64,000 nucleotides of DNA, taken from NCBI GenBank assembly GCA_964016885.1, contig OZ024741.1, positions 303,738,001 through 303,802,000 of the forward strand, written 5' to 3'. The translations under genes and the position numbers were made by a program. Origin of the DNA: Eledone cirrhosa. Lineage: Eukaryota. Positions within the stretch are counted from its first letter, which is position 1. Every line of letters starts with the position of its first letter. The notes below the pieces were generated by a model. The model was given only the letters and a program-made list of their open reading frames with translations. It had not been told where the DNA came from and ran no database searches. Shown here piece by piece: positions 25,017 through 38,801 of the stretch.

Positions 25017-28000
25017 TGTTGGTGTATCTAGTGGTTTCCTGGGTTGGTGTATCTAGTGGTTGCCTGGGTTGGTGTATCTAGTGGTTTCCTGGGTTGGTGT
25101 ATCTAGTGGTTGCCTGGGTTGGTGTATCTAGTAGTTGCCTGTGTTGGTATATCTAGTAGTTGCCTGTGTTGGTGTATCTAGTAGTTGCCTGTGTTGGTGT
25201 ATCTAGTGGTTTCCTGGGTTGGTGTATCTAGTGGTTTCCTGGGTTGGTGTATCTAGTGGTTGCCTGGGTTGGTGTATCTAGTAGTTGCCTGTGTTGGTGT
25301 ATCTAGTAGTTGCCTGTGTTGGTGTATCTAGTGGTTTCCTGGGTTGGTGTATCTAGTGGTTGCCTGGGTTGGTGTATCTAGTGGTTTCCTGGGTTGGTGT
25401 ATCTAGTGGTTGCCTGGGTTGGTGTATCTAGTGGTTGCCTGGGTTGGTGTATCTAGTAGTTGCCTGTGTTGGTGTATCTAGTGGTTGCCTGGGTTGGTGT
25501 ATCTAGTGGTTGCTGTGTTGGTGTATCTAGTGGTTGCCTGGGTTGGTGTATCTAGTAGTTGCCTGGGTTGATGTGACTAGTGGTTTCCTGGGTTGGTGTA
25601 TCTAGTGGTTGCCTGGGTTGGTGTATCTAGTAGTTGCCTGTGTTGGTGTATCTAGTGGTTGCCTGGGTTGGTGTATCTAGTGGTTGCTGTGTTGGTGTAT
25701 CTAGTGGTTGCCTGGGTTGGTGTATCTAGTAGTTGCCTGTGTTGGTGTATCTAGTGGTTGCCTGTGTTGGTGTATCTAGTGGTTGCCTGTGTTGGTGTAT
25801 CTAGTGGTTTCCTCGGTTGATGTGATTAGTGGTTGCCTGGGTTGATGTATCTAGTGGTTGCCTGGGTCGGTGTATCTATTGGTTGCCTGGGTTGATGTGA
25901 CTAGGGTTGCCTGTGTTGGTGTATCTAGTGGTTGCCTGTGTTGGTGTATCTAGTGGTTGCCTGCGTTGTTGTATCTAGTAGTTGCCTGTGTTGGTGTATC
26001 TAGTGGTTGCTTGGGTTGATGTGACTAATGGTTGCCTGTCTTGGTTTATCTAGTGGTTGCCTGTATTGGTGTATCTAGTGGTTGCCCGGGTTCATGTCAC
26101 TAGTGGTTGCCTGTGTTTGTGTATCTAGTGGTTGCCTGGGTTGGTGTATCTAGTGGTTGCCTGTGTTGGTGTATCTAGTGGTTGCCTGTGTTGGTGTGAC
26201 TAGTGGTTGCCTGTGTTGGTGTATCGAGTAGTTGCCTGTGTTGGTGTATCTAGTGGTTGCCTGTGTTGGTGTATCTAGTGGTTGCCTGGGTTGGTGTATC
26301 TAGTAGTTGCCTGTGTTGGTGTATCTAGTGGTTGCCTGTGTTGGTGTATCTAGTGGTTTCCTCGGTTGATGTGACTAGTGGTTGCCTGGGTTGATGTGAC
26401 TAGTGGTTGCCTGGGTTGGTGTATCTAGTGGTTGCCTCTGTTGGTGTATCTAGTGGTTGCCTGTGTTGGTGTATCTAGTGATTGCCTGTGTTGGTTTATC
26501 TAGTGGTTGCCTGGGTTGATGTGACTAGTGGTCGCCTGGGTTGATGATCTAGTGGTTGCCTGTGTTGGTTTATCTAGTGGTTACCTGGGTTGATGTGACT
26601 AGTGGTTGCCTGTGTTTGTGTATCTAGTGGTTGCCTGGGTTGGTGTATCTAGTGGTTGCCTGTGTTGGTGTATCTAGTGGTTGCCTGTGTTGGTGTGACT
26701 AGTGGTTGCCTGGGTTGGTGTATCTAGTGGTTACCTGGGTTGGTGTATCTAGTGGTTGCCTGTGTTGGTGTGACTAGTGGTTGCCTGTGTTGGTGTGACT
26801 AGTGGTTGCCTGGGTTGGTGTATCTAGTGGTTACCTGGGTTGGTGTATCTAGTGGTTGCCTGTGTTGGTGTGATTAGTGGTTGCCTGTGTTGGTGTATCT
26901 AGTAGTTGCCTGTGTTGGTGTATCTAGTGGTTGCCTGTGTTGCGGTATCTAGTGGTTGCCTGGGTTGGTGTATCTAGTAGTTGCCTGTGTTGGTGTATCT
27001 AGTGGTTGCCTGTGTTGGTGTATCTAGTGGTTTCCTCGGTTGATGTGACTAGTGGTTGCCTGGGTTGATGTGACTAGTGGTTGCCTGGGTTGGTGTATCT
27101 AGTGGTTGCCTCTGTTGGTGTATCTAGTGGTTGCCTGTGTTGGTTTATCTAGTGGTTGCCTGGGTTGGTGTATCCACTGGTTGCCTGTGTTGGTGTATCT
27201 AGTGGTTGCCTGTGTTGGTGTATCTAGTATTTGCCTGTGTTGGTGTATCTAGTGGTTGCCTGTGTTGGTGTATCTAGTGATTGCCTGTGTTGGTTTATCT
27301 AGTGGTTGCCTGTGTTGGTGTATCTAGTGGTTGCCTGTGTTGTTGTGACTAGTGGTCGCCTGGGTTGATGATCTAGTGGTTGCCTGTGTTGGTTTATCTA
27401 GTGGTTACCTGGGTTGATGTGACTAGTGGTTGCCTGGGTTGATGCATCTAGTGGTTGCCTGTGTTGGTGTATCTAGTGGTTGCCTGTGTTGGTGTATCTA
27501 GTGGTTGCTTGGGTTGATGTGACTAATGGTTGGCTGTGTTGGTGTATCTAGTGGTTGCCTGTGTTGGTGTATCTAGTGGTTGCCTGGGTTCATGTGACTA
27601 GTGTTTGCCTGTGTTTGTGTATCTAGTGGTTGCCTGGGTTAGTGTATCTAGTGGTTGCCTGTGTTGGTGTATCTAGTGGTTGCCTGGGTTGGTGTATCTA
27701 GTAGTTGCCTGTGTTGGTGTATCTAGTGGTTGCCTGTGTTGGTGTATCTAGTGGTTGCCTGTGTTGGTGTATCTAATGATTGCCTGTGTTGGTTTATCTA
27801 GTGGTTGCCTGTGTTGGTGTATCTAGTGATTGCCTGTGTTGGTTTATCTAGTGGTTGCCTGTGTTGGTGTATCTAGTGGTTGCCTGTGTTGGTGTATCTA
27901 GTGGTTTCCTCGGTTGATGTGACTAGTGGTTGCCTGGGTTGATGTGACTAGTGGTTGCCTGGGTTGGTGTATCTAGTGGTTGCCTCTGTTGGTGTATCTA

Positions 28001-31000
28001 GTGGTTGCCTGTGTTGGTGTATCTAGTGATTGCCTGTGTTGGTTTATCTAGTGGTTGCCTGGGTTGATGTGACTAGTGGTCGCCTGGGTTGATGATCTAG
28101 TGGTTGCCTGTGTTGGTTTATCTAGTGGTTACCTGGGTTGATGTGACTAGTGGTTGCCTGTGTTTGTGTATCTAGTGGTTGCCTGGGTTGGTGTATCTAG
28201 TGGTTGCCTGTGTTGGTGTATCTAGTGGTTGCCTGTGTTGGTGTGACTAGTGGTTGCCTGGGTTGGTGTATCTAGTGGTTACCTGGGTTGGTGTATCTAG
28301 TGGTTGCCTGTGTTGGTGTGACTAGTGGTTGCCTGTGTTGGTGTGACTAGTGGTTGCCTGGGTTGGTGTATCTAGTGGTTACCTGGGTTGGTGTATCTAG
28401 TGGTTGCCTGTGTTGGTGTGATTAGTGGTTGCCTGTGTTGGTGTATCTAGTAGTTGCCTGTGTTGGTGTATCTAGTGGTTGCCTGTGTTGCGGTATCTAG
28501 TGGTTGCCTGGGTTGGTGTATCTAGTAGTTGCCTGTGTTGGTGTATCTAGTGGTTGCCTGTGTTGGTGTATCTAGTGGTTTCCTCGGTTGATGTGACTAG
28601 TGGTTGCCTGGGTTGATGTGACTAGTGGTTGCCTGGGTTGGTGTATCTAGTGGTTGCCTCTGTTGGTGTATCTAGTGGTTGCCTGTGTTGGTTTATCTAG
28701 TGGTTGCCTGGGTTGGTGTATCCACTGGTTGCCTGTGTTGGTGTATCTAGTGGTTGCCTGTGTTGGTGTATCTAGTATTTGCCTGTGTTGGTGTATCTAG
28801 TGGTTGCCTGTGTTGGTGTATCTAGTGATTGCCTGTGTTGGTTTATCTAGTGGTTGCCTGTGTTGGTGTATCTAGTGGTTGCCTGTGTTGTTGTGACTAG
28901 TGGTCGCCTGGGTTGATGATCTAGTGGTTGCCTGTGTTGGTTTATCTAGTGGTTACCTGGGTTGATGTGACTAGTGGTTGCCTGGGTTGATGCATCTAGT
29001 GGTTGCCTGTGTTGGTGTATCTAGTGGTTGCCTGTGTTGGTGTATCTAGTGGTTGCTTGGGTTGATGTGACTAATGGTTGGCTGTGTTGGTGTATCTAGT
29101 GGTTGCCTGTGCTGGTGTATCTAGTGGTTGCCTGGGTTCATGTGACTAGTGTTTGCCTGTGTTTGTGTATCTAGTGGTTGCCTGGGTTAGTGTATCTAGT
29201 GGTTGCCTGTGTTGGTGTATCTAGTGGTTGCCTGGGTTGGTGTATCTAGTAGTTGCCTGTGTTGGTGTATCTAGTGGTTGCCTGTGTTGGTGTATCTAGT
29301 GGTTGCCTGTGTTGGTGTATCTAATGATTGCCTGTGTTGGTTTATCTAGTGGTTGCCTGTGTTGGTGTATCTAGTGATTGCCTGTGTTGGTTTATCTAGT
29401 GGTTGCCTGTGTTGGTGTATCTAGTGGTTGCCTGTGTTGGTGTATCTAGTGGTTTCCTCGGTTGATGTGACTAGTGGTTGCCTGGGTTGATGTGACTAGT
29501 GGTTGCCTGGGTTGGTGTATCTAGTGGTTGCCTCTGTTGGTGTATCTAGTGGTTGCCTGTGTTGGTGTATCTAATGATTGCCTGTGTTGGTTTATCTAGT
29601 GGTTGCCTGTGTTGGTGTGACTAGTGGTTGCCTGGGTTGGTTTATCTAGTGGTTGCCTTTGTTGGTGTATCTAGTGGTTACCTGGGTTGATGTGACTAGT
29701 GGTTGCCTGGGTTGATGTATCTAGTGGTTGCCTGTGTTGGTGTATCTAGTGGTTGCCTGTGTTGGTGTATCTAGTGGTTGCTTGGGTTGATGTGACTAAT
29801 GGTTGCCTGTGTTGGTGTATCTAGTGGTTGCCTGTGTTGGTGTATCTAGTGGTTGCCTGGGTTCATGTGACTAGTGGTTGCCTGTGTTTGTGTATCTAGT
29901 GGTTGCCTGGGTTGGTGTATCTAGTGGTTGCCTGTGTTGGTGTATCTAGTGGTTGCCTGTGTTGGTGTGACTAGTGGTTGCCTGGGTTGGTGTATCTAGT
30001 GGTTACCTGGGTTGGTGTATCTAGTGGTTGCCTGTGTTGGTGTGACTAGTGGTTGCCTGTGTTGGTGTATCTAGCGATTGTTTGTGTTGGTTTATCTAGT
30101 GGTTGCGTGTGTTGGTGTATCTAGTGGTTGCCTGTGTTGTTGTGACTAGTGGTCGCCTGGGTTGATGATCTAGTGGTTGCCTGTGTTGGTTTATCTAGTG
30201 GTTACCTGGGTTGATGTGACTAGTGGTTGCCTGGGTTGATGTATCTAGTGGTTGCCTGTGTTGGTGTATCTAGTGCTTGCTTGGGTTGATGTGACTAATG
30301 GTTGCCTGTGTTGGTGTATCTAGTGGTTGCCTGTGTTTTGTGTATCTAGTGGTTGCCTGGGTTCATGTGACTAGTGGTTGCCTGTGTTTGTGCATCTAGT
30401 GGTTGCTTGGGTTGGTGTATCTAGTGGTTGCCTGTGTTGGTGTATCTAGTGGTTGCCTGTGTTGGTGTGACTAGTGGTTGCCTGGGTTGGTGTATCTAGT
30501 GGTTACCTGGGTTGGTGTATCTAGTGGTTGCCTGTGTTGGTGTGACTAGTGGTTGCCTGCGTTGGTGTATCTAGTGGTTGCCTGTGTTGGTGTATCTAGT
30601 GGTTATCTGGGTTGATGTGACTAGTGGTTGCCTGGGTTGATGTATCTAGTGGTTACCTGGGTTGGTGTGACTAGTGGTTGCCTGGGTTGGTGTATCTAGT
30701 TGTTGCATGTGTTGGTGTATCTAGTGGTTGCATGTGTTGGTGTATGTAGTGGTTGCCTGGGTTGGTGTATCTAGTGGTTGCCTGTGTTGGTGTATCTAGT
30801 GGTTGCCTGTGTTGATGTATCTAGTGGTTGCCTTTGTTGGTGTGACTAGTGGTTGCCTGGGTTGGTGTATCTAGTGGTTGCCTCTGTTGGTGTGACTAGT
30901 GGTTGCCTGGGTTCGTTTATCTAGTGGTTGCCTTTGTTGGTGTATCTAGTGGTTGCCTGGGTTGATGTGATTAGTGGTTGCCTGGGTTGATGTATCTAGT

Positions 31001-32035
31001 GGTTGCCTGGGTTGGTGTATCTAGTGGTTACCTGGGTTGGTGTATCTAGTGGTTGCCTGTGTTGGTGTGACTAGTGGTTGCCTGGGTTGGTTTATCTAGT
31101 GGTTGCCTGTATTGGTGTATCTAGTGGTTGCCTGGGTTGGTGTATCTAGTGGTTGCCTGTGTTGGTTTATCTAGTGGTTGCCTGGGTTGGTGTATCTAGT
31201 GGTTGCCTGTGTTGGTGTAGCTAATGGTTGCTTGTGTTGGTGTATCTAGTGGTTGCCTGTGTTGGTTTATCTAGTGGTTGCCTGGGTTGGTGTATCTAAT
31301 GGTTGCCTGTGTTGATGTGACTAGTGGTTGTCTGTCTTGGTGTATCTAGTGGTTTCCCGGGTTGATGTGATTAGTGGTTGCCTGGGTTGGTGTGACTAGT
31401 GGTTGCCTGTGTTGGTGTATCTAGTGGTGGCCTATGTTGGTGTCTCTAGTGGTTGCCTGTGTTGATGTATCTAGTGGTTGCCTGGGTTTATGTGACTAGT
31501 GGTTGCCTGTGTTGGTGTATTTATAGTGGTTTGCCTGTGTGGGTGTATCTAGTGGTTGCCTTGGTTGGTGTATCTAGTGGTTGCCTGTGTTGGTGTGACT
31601 AGTGGTTGCCTGTGTTGATGTGACTAGTGGTTGCCTGGGTTGATGTGACTAGTGGTTGCCTGGGTTGGTGTATCTAGTGGTTGCCTGGGTTGGTGTATCT
31701 AATGGTTGCCTGGGTTGGTGTATCTAATGGTTGCCTGTGTTGGTGTATCTAGTGGTTGCCTGTGTTGGTGTATCTAGTGGTTGCCTGTGTTGGTGTATCT
31801 AGTGGTTGCCTGTGTTGATGTATCTAGTGGTTGCCTGTGTTGGTGTATCTCGTGGTTGCATGGGTTGGTGTATCTAGTAGTTGCCTGGGTTGATGTGACG
31901 AGTGTTTGCCTGGGTTGATGTGACTAGTGGTTACCTGGGTTGATGTGACTAGTGGTTACCTGAGTTGATGTATCTAGTGGTTGCATGTGTTGGTGTATCT
32001 AGTGGTTGCATGTGTTGGTGTATCTAGTGGTTGTC
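25017..32035. repeat. Satellite/minisatellite, 25-bp unit GGTGTATCTAGTGGTTGCCTG(T/G)GTT, about 280 copies
   Basis: Direct inspection; rare variants recur at 1548-bp spacing. Confidence 0.97.
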
Positions 32036-33525
32036 TATATTGAATCTAGTGGCAGTCTACGTTGATGGGTTTAGTGGTTGTCTATGTTGAGTCTAGTTGT
32101 GGCTTTCGTTGATGAGCCCAGTGGTGTTGTATATTGTGTCTAGTAGTGGTCTGTATTGAGGTTAGCGGTGGTCTGTTGAGGCTAGTGGTAGCGTTAGTTG
32201 ATGAGTCTATTAGTGGTTTATATTGAGTATAGTGGCGGTCTGTATTGAGTTTAGTGTTGGTCTATGTTGATTCTATTGCAGGTCTATATTGAGTTTAGTG
32301 TTGGTCTATGTTCTGTCTATTGCAGATCTATAGTGAGTTTAGTGGTGGTCTATGTTGAGTCTATTGCAGGTCTATATTGAGATTAGTGGTGGTCTATGTT
32401 GAGTCTATTGCTGGTCTATGTTGAGGCTAGTTTTGGTCTATGTTGAGTCTATTGCTGGTCTATGTTGAGTTCAGTGGTGGTCTATGTTGAGTCTATTGCT
32501 GGTCTATGTTGAGGCTAGTGGTGGTCCATGTTGAGTTTATTGCAGGTCTATATTGAGTTTAGTGGTAGTCTATGTTGAGTCTAGTGCTGGTCTATATTGA
32601 GTCCATTGCTGGTCTATGTTGAGTCTATTGCTGGTCTATATTGAGTTTAGTGGTGGTCTATGTTGAGTCTAGTGCTGGTCTATATTGAGTCTAGCGATGG
32701 TCTATGTTGAGTCTATCGCTGGTCTATATTGAGTTTAGTGGTGGTCTATGTTGAGTCTAGTGCTGGTCTATATTGAGTCTAGCGATGGTCTATGTTGAGT
32801 CTATTGCTGGTCTATATTGAGTTTAGTGGTGGTCTATGTTGAGTCTAGTGCTGGTCTATATTGAGTCCATTGCTGGTCTATGTTGAGTCTATTGCTGGTC
32901 TATATTGAGTTTAGTGGTGGTCTATGTTGAGTCTAGTGCTGGTCTATATTGAGTCTAGCGATGGTCTATGTTGAGTCTATTGCTGGTCTATATTGAGTTT
33001 AGTGGTGGTCTATGTTGAGTCTAGTGCTGGTCTATATTGAGTCTAGCGATGGTCTATGTTGAGTCTATTGCAGGTCTATATTGAGTTTAGTGGTGGTCTA
33101 TGTTGAGTCTATTGCTGGTCTATGTTGAGGCTAGTGGTGGTCTATGTTGAGTCTATTGCTGGTCTATGTTGAGTTCAGTGGTGGTCTATGTTGAGTCTAT
33201 TGCTGGTCTATGTTGAGGCTAGTGGTGGTCTATGTTGAGTCTAGTGCTGGTCTATATTGAGTTTAGTGGTGGTCTATGTTAAGTCGATTGCTGGTCTATA
33301 TTGAGTCTAGTGGTGGTCTATGTTGAGTCTATTGTTGGTCTATGTTGAGTCTATTGCTGGTCTATATCGAAGCTAGTGATGGTCTGTGCTGTGTCTAGTG
33401 ATGCTCTATGTTGAGTATAGTGGCGGTTTATATTGAGTCTAGTGATGGTCTATATTGAGTTTAGTGGTGGTCTATGTTGTATATAGTGGTGGGCTTGTTA
33501 ATGAGACTAATGCTGGTCTATATTG
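32036..33525. repeat. Satellite/minisatellite, 22-bp unit GGTCTAT(G/A)TTGAGT(C/T)TA(T/G)TG(C/G)T
   Basis: Direct inspection; contiguous with and alignable to the 25-mer. Confidence 0.95.
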
Positions 33526-34456
33526 AAGTGACGTATTGTGTCCTCAATTGTTCTAATTCAACGTTAGTGTTCTAGTAAAAAAAGAGAATTCTAACAAATT
33601 GATATCTTCTCATTCTCCATAACGTTAGAATATCCTGACTTTATAGCTCACAAATGTTATATAGTTTTGTCGTGTAACATTTGTCTGTATTCGTGACTAA
33701 TTTAAAGCTAGCTTCATCGAACATTTGATCCACTTCACAATTGTAGAGGTATGTTCTGTTATTTAATCGGAAAAGATTACCCACAGATGGTTGAATCGAT
33801 AAAGGTTCAGATTACTCGTTGAAGTGTCGAGCGTTCATACTTGTTTATCGATTCTGCCTACATTATATCTCCAAGTAGTTATGTAACTTAATGAGATTGT
33901 CCTTAACAGACGAATAAAAGCATCATATTTGACATGAGGTTCCTTTAGGGCTTTTTAATGAATATTAACCTCGGAATACACCAGAAGGTTTAAAAATATA
34001 TATTTAAAAAATAATGAAGACGAGTGACCTAGGATGTTCGGCACACCGTTGCAAGGTCGTGAGTTCGATACTCGGCAGCGTGTTTCCCTAGTCCACACAG
34101 CTGGCAAAAATCAGTTGTACCTGTAATTCGAAGGAGCCTTGCCACATTATGTGTCAAGCTGAATTTCCTTAATCACGTTAAGAATAGACGTGTCTGTGGA
34201 ATGCTCAGCCACGTGCACGTTAATTTCTCGGGCAGACTGCTCCGATTATCGAATCAACCGGAACATTAGTCATCGGAACCAACGGTGGTCCAATACACAA
34301 CATAAAAGAAAAAGAGAAGGAAAAAAACAAAAGCCAATATTTATTAAACAATTATCTACAGTATTTATTATAATATATCTACAGTCATTCGCGTTTTACA
34401 GACATAACTTTATTTTCAAACAAATAACTTCTATACAAACAATCTTGGTCCCTAAC

Positions 34457-34620
34457 CAAGTTAATGGTATTACTTTGTAATGTTTCTGTCACTAACACAT
34501 ACTTTGAAATATTCTGTGTAGAACAGTTACACTTGTTAAATGGTGAACTGTCCAGATTTACTTTGGCACACTTGTAGTTGTAACAGAGTCCTTGGCAGAA
34601 AGATTTAATTAGTCTCACAC
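34457..34620 (-). CDS. Possible Cys-rich host exon (unverified)
   Basis: Acceptor-like tatattgctgttAG, open frame VRLIKSFCQGLCYNYKCAKVNLDSSPFNKCNCSTQNISK, candidate donors GTATGT (34502) or GTTAGG (34456). Confidence 0.3.
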
Positions 34621-34894
34621 CTAACAGCAATATATAAATTTTAAGGGGTCCTCATGTCAAATATGGTGTTTTTACCGATAAGTAGTAGCCCTTTATGAAT
34701 TATAGCACTAAAGTGGATAACGAAAAATACGTAACACTCTCGCTGGTTTAATTCAATTTGTTAATAACGTGAAAGGGGTATAGCTTTCCAATCTACGTGG
34801 ATTGATATTTGCATAAGATGTTTTAATTTCTCGTTAACTTAATTCATGCTAAATATCAATTTAGTGTATAATTTAGTTCATACTAAGATCGACT

Positions 34895-35310
34895 TCTTTC
34901 TTCTTTAATTCCTTTTGCTCCCTATTGAGCACTGGGTGACGAGGTATCTTCATTCCACATGGTTGCAAGCTTTGTCATGGACCTATTCCCAGGCGAGGCC
35001 CATGCTTGCCTGGTCTTCCTCCACATACCTCAATCAGGTCTTGACGAGTCTGTATGGCTTCCATTCCAGGGAAGTCTCTTCATGGACTTGCGTAGAAAAT
35101 AGTCAATGTATCTTATGCCGTCGTACGGTATTCCGGAGATTACTCAGCCGGGCCCTTTCCGTAACCTTCTCGTTTATGATGTGGTCGCGCCAAGAAATCC
35201 TAAGTATGGTCTTAAGACATCGTTTATGGAAGACATCTGCAGTTCTGTAAACTCAACAGGTCTTTTCCATGTCTCGCAAGTGTATGTCGCCGCTGCCTTG
35301 TGAATGAATG
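34895..35310 (-). mobile_element. Decayed RTE-like LINE 3' fragment
   Basis: Higher-GC block ending in a (ttct)-type tail with remnants such as LRISWRDHI. Confidence 0.5.
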
Positions 35311-36137
35311 AATCATTAGATTTGTTTGTCGCTACTGTGGTTCATAGAAGTAAGGTGGCTAGCTTCGCGCTTCCTACCCCCTCCCTTCTCAACATAGTTT
35401 GAAACTAACCTAGAGTTTCGAAGTCAAGTGATAGGGTTCTATAATCCTTTATAACCCATTCTATAAAGTCAACAAATTTATTTGTTATGTTATGTAAGAC
35501 TGTGAGAGGATTTTTGGGGGGTCGCTTAGTGCTAAAACTACACCTCATGATCATTGGTTCTTCACAGATAGTTTAAATCTTACTTGAAAGCATATAATGT
35601 TGTACTGCTTAGAAGCTGACTGAGATCCACGTTAAAATCACAATGCTTCGGTTTCCATAACCGTATTATTAACATAAGGGATTTTAACCAAACAATTATA
35701 TGAGATGATTAAATATGGATATCTGAAGAATGTCCAGTTTGAATCCGGAACGAAGTTGGTTTGCTCACATATATAAACCAACTAAATCTCGAGGCGTTGT
35801 ATTATGAGAATGCCTCTCCATAAAATTTGTTAAAAAAGTAAGAGAGATTAAAGTTTTTAAAGTCAATAAAAATAGAGGGGTGGTAGAAAGAAGATAGTTA
35901 TATCTATTATTTTAGGTTCATCTCCTCGCTTTTGATGTATTGTTGATACAACGTTTGGCTTGATATAATTTTGAATAATCTTCAGGTGATATTCCTAAAT
36001 TATGACAAGAATGGAACCTAGAAATACTGGATCAGGAAATAATTGAAACCGATCACCAAAAAACTCATTTCTCAGAAATTCTTTAAGATCTAGTTAGAAT
36101 AGATTATTGTTAGATGCTTAAATTCTTCTATTGAATC

Positions 36138-36327
36138 AGCGGTTCCCAAACATAATATGCACACACTATTGGGTATCTATTTTTCTTTAAGTATAAACAC
36201 ATGTCTCTTTCAATTCTTATTCTCACCATATAACAACCTGAGAGGATAGTACTTGTAGGTGGGGGACCGTGGGAAAATTAATTTAAGCAAAAGATATCTT
36301 TGACAGTGAAAAGGTTTGGAACGACTG
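36138..36327. mobile_element. hAT-type MITE
   Basis: Imperfect TIRs cagcggttcccaaac / gtttggaacgactg. Confidence 0.55.
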
Positions 36328-36403
36328 ATCTAAATTGTACACTTATAAAATTTTGTAAAAAGTTCGAAGTTGGAGTTACATGGATAAGCTAAATGCACCA
36401 CTG

Positions 36404-36507
<104 letters not shown>

Positions 36508-36916
36508 ATTTCGTATACCTAAAGATATACGCTATGTTTAATAAATAAACATTTTGAAACCCCAGCTATATTTATTGAAAGGCTGACGTCGAGTACCGTC
36601 TAGTGGATTCCAGCAGGAGCAGCAAGAGACAACTGTCTGTGCGCATTTCGAGCTGCTGTCTTTCATCGAGACAGCTTCCCTACTCACTGTTAGAACTTGA
36701 AAACAGGCGAACATATATAGTATTTTCGCGTGTGTAGATGGACGGATTAGCCTGATTTGCATATGAAGCTGTATAAGTTGGCTAAACTTAAAAGCAGAAT
36801 TAAAATTTCGCTTCGGCGCAGCTGTTTACATATATGTATGTATATAGATATACGAAATTCACATACATATATGTTTTAATTCCACTTCTAGGCACATACA
36901 CACACACACACACACG

Positions 36917-36957
<41 letters not shown>

Positions 36958-37084
36958 ACACACACACACTCTCACACCACACACACACACACACGACGAG
37001 TTGTCGCCAATCAAACTTCACTCACAAGGTATTGATGTAGCCAAGGCTATAAGCAAGTGACATTTTCCCAACCACATACTTACG

Positions 37085-37430
37085 AAGTGAATTCTTTAGA
37101 TGTAGTTAAGACTGAGTTATATATTCTGATGAGAGACTTCAATGCACATGTTGGCACTGGTCACCTGACATGGAAAGGATTGAATGGAAAGAACGGCAAT
37201 CCCAATCTAAATACGACTGGAGTGGCCTTCTGGTTCAATCATGAGATCAAAGATGCCATCCAAGCAAAGAAGGTGGCCTCCAAATCTTAGCTTGGAAATA
37301 AGTTGTCCTTCTTGCATTTGTGGTACAAGCAGGCACGAAGAATTGCAACAGAGACAGTAAAGGTGTCTAAAGTTAAACATGGGAGGACTTTGGGGTTAAG
37401 CTGAAATCCAACTTCAGACCAACCATGTGT
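37085..37430 (+). mobile_element. Decayed RTE-type LINE internal fragment (APE region)
   Basis: ILMRDFNAHVG...WKGLNGKNG; WFNHEIKDAIQAKK. Confidence 0.65.
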
Positions 37431-37830
37431 GCTGGGTGGCCTGGATCTCTGGAAAGGCACATCGGGAGTGATAATCTCAATCGGGAGTGATAATCCCAAT
37501 TTCGAAAAAAGGGCGACAAGAGAGATTGTTCTGAGAGATTGTCAAGTAACCTCGTTGCAGTCTTTGCTAAAGTCTGGCAAAGAGATGTAGGGAGATTGTC
37601 GAGACCAAGCCAGCTGATAAACAGTGTGGTTTTCGCCTCGATGCAGCACAGCCGACAACATATTTAGCCATAATAAATGGATATTTAAACTCTACTTCGA
37701 TATTGAGAACTCTTTTCTATATATATGAAGTTAAAAGAGTTAAAGTCTGTCCCAGCCCAGGGGGCCATCAAGCCAATGCATATCCTCGGTTTGGCTTTAC
37801 ATCAGCGTTAAGCGACTCTGAGTTCAAGAC

Positions 37831-37890
<60 letters not shown>

Positions 37891-37943
37891 GAGGGGGGAG
37901 AAAGAGAGAGAGAGAGAGGGGGAGAGAGGGAGAGAGAGAGAGA

Positions 37944-37982
<39 letters not shown>

Positions 37983-38110
37983 AGAGAAAGAGAGAGAAAG
38001 AGAATCTACAATCTGGAGCGCTGAGACCAGGGAGATCACTAATGATGGAAGTACGCAATACATAAGGAGATGTAGAGTTGATATAAAGAAATGCAAACCG
38101 CGGTCAGGAT

Positions 38111-38192
<82 letters not shown>

Positions 38193-38195
<3 letters not shown>

Positions 38196-38268
38196 CTGCC
38201 ATCCATAATGAGGGACAGAGACCACTGGATGGAACTCGTTCATGGATCTCGGGAATTTTACCCGCCCA

Positions 38269-38270
<2 letters not shown>
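38193..38270 (+). mobile_element. Very short 3' end of the RTE family seen at 53.4-54.3 kb
   Basis: ataatgagggacagaga...catggatctc.ggaattttacccgccc.agatata matches 54189-54256. Confidence 0.8.
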
Positions 38271-38298
<28 letters not shown>

Positions 38299-38299
<1 letters not shown>

Positions 38300-38758
38300 C
38301 TTGGGGAGGGTCATATTGTTATAATAATATTGCCAGAATTAATAACAGAACACTCACTGTTTGGTTGGTTTTCGCTTCTGTATCTTTTATATCAGTTAAT
38401 TCATTCGGACCTCAATGTTTACCATTGACTGACCAACGGTAAAAAATACAGATATAATATAGATATAAACACATATACATAGTCGAACAAAGTTGTTTCG
38501 TTGCACATCTGCAACATCGTCAGTGGTGCTATTATGTTCCCCCTGTTGTATTGTATATCTACGCCATCATTATTTTATCTGTTTATTTATTTATTTATTT
38601 ATTTATTTTTGTCTTCTTCTCTACGCATGCGTTTGCGTGTGTGTATAGTATTTGGTGTGTGTTCGCGTTTGGGTGACTGTGTTTTGGTTATTGTATTCTA
38701 TCTTAGTTTACTAGTGTCTGCTTATATGTGTTTGTTGTTATTGTGTTTGTGTATATAT

Positions 38759-38801
<43 letters not shown>

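Noticed and set aside
25017-33525. Satellite as CRISPR array or mucin-like coding repeat
   Set aside because: No unique spacers; 25- and 22-bp units are not multiples of 3 and carry stop codons that cycle through all frames
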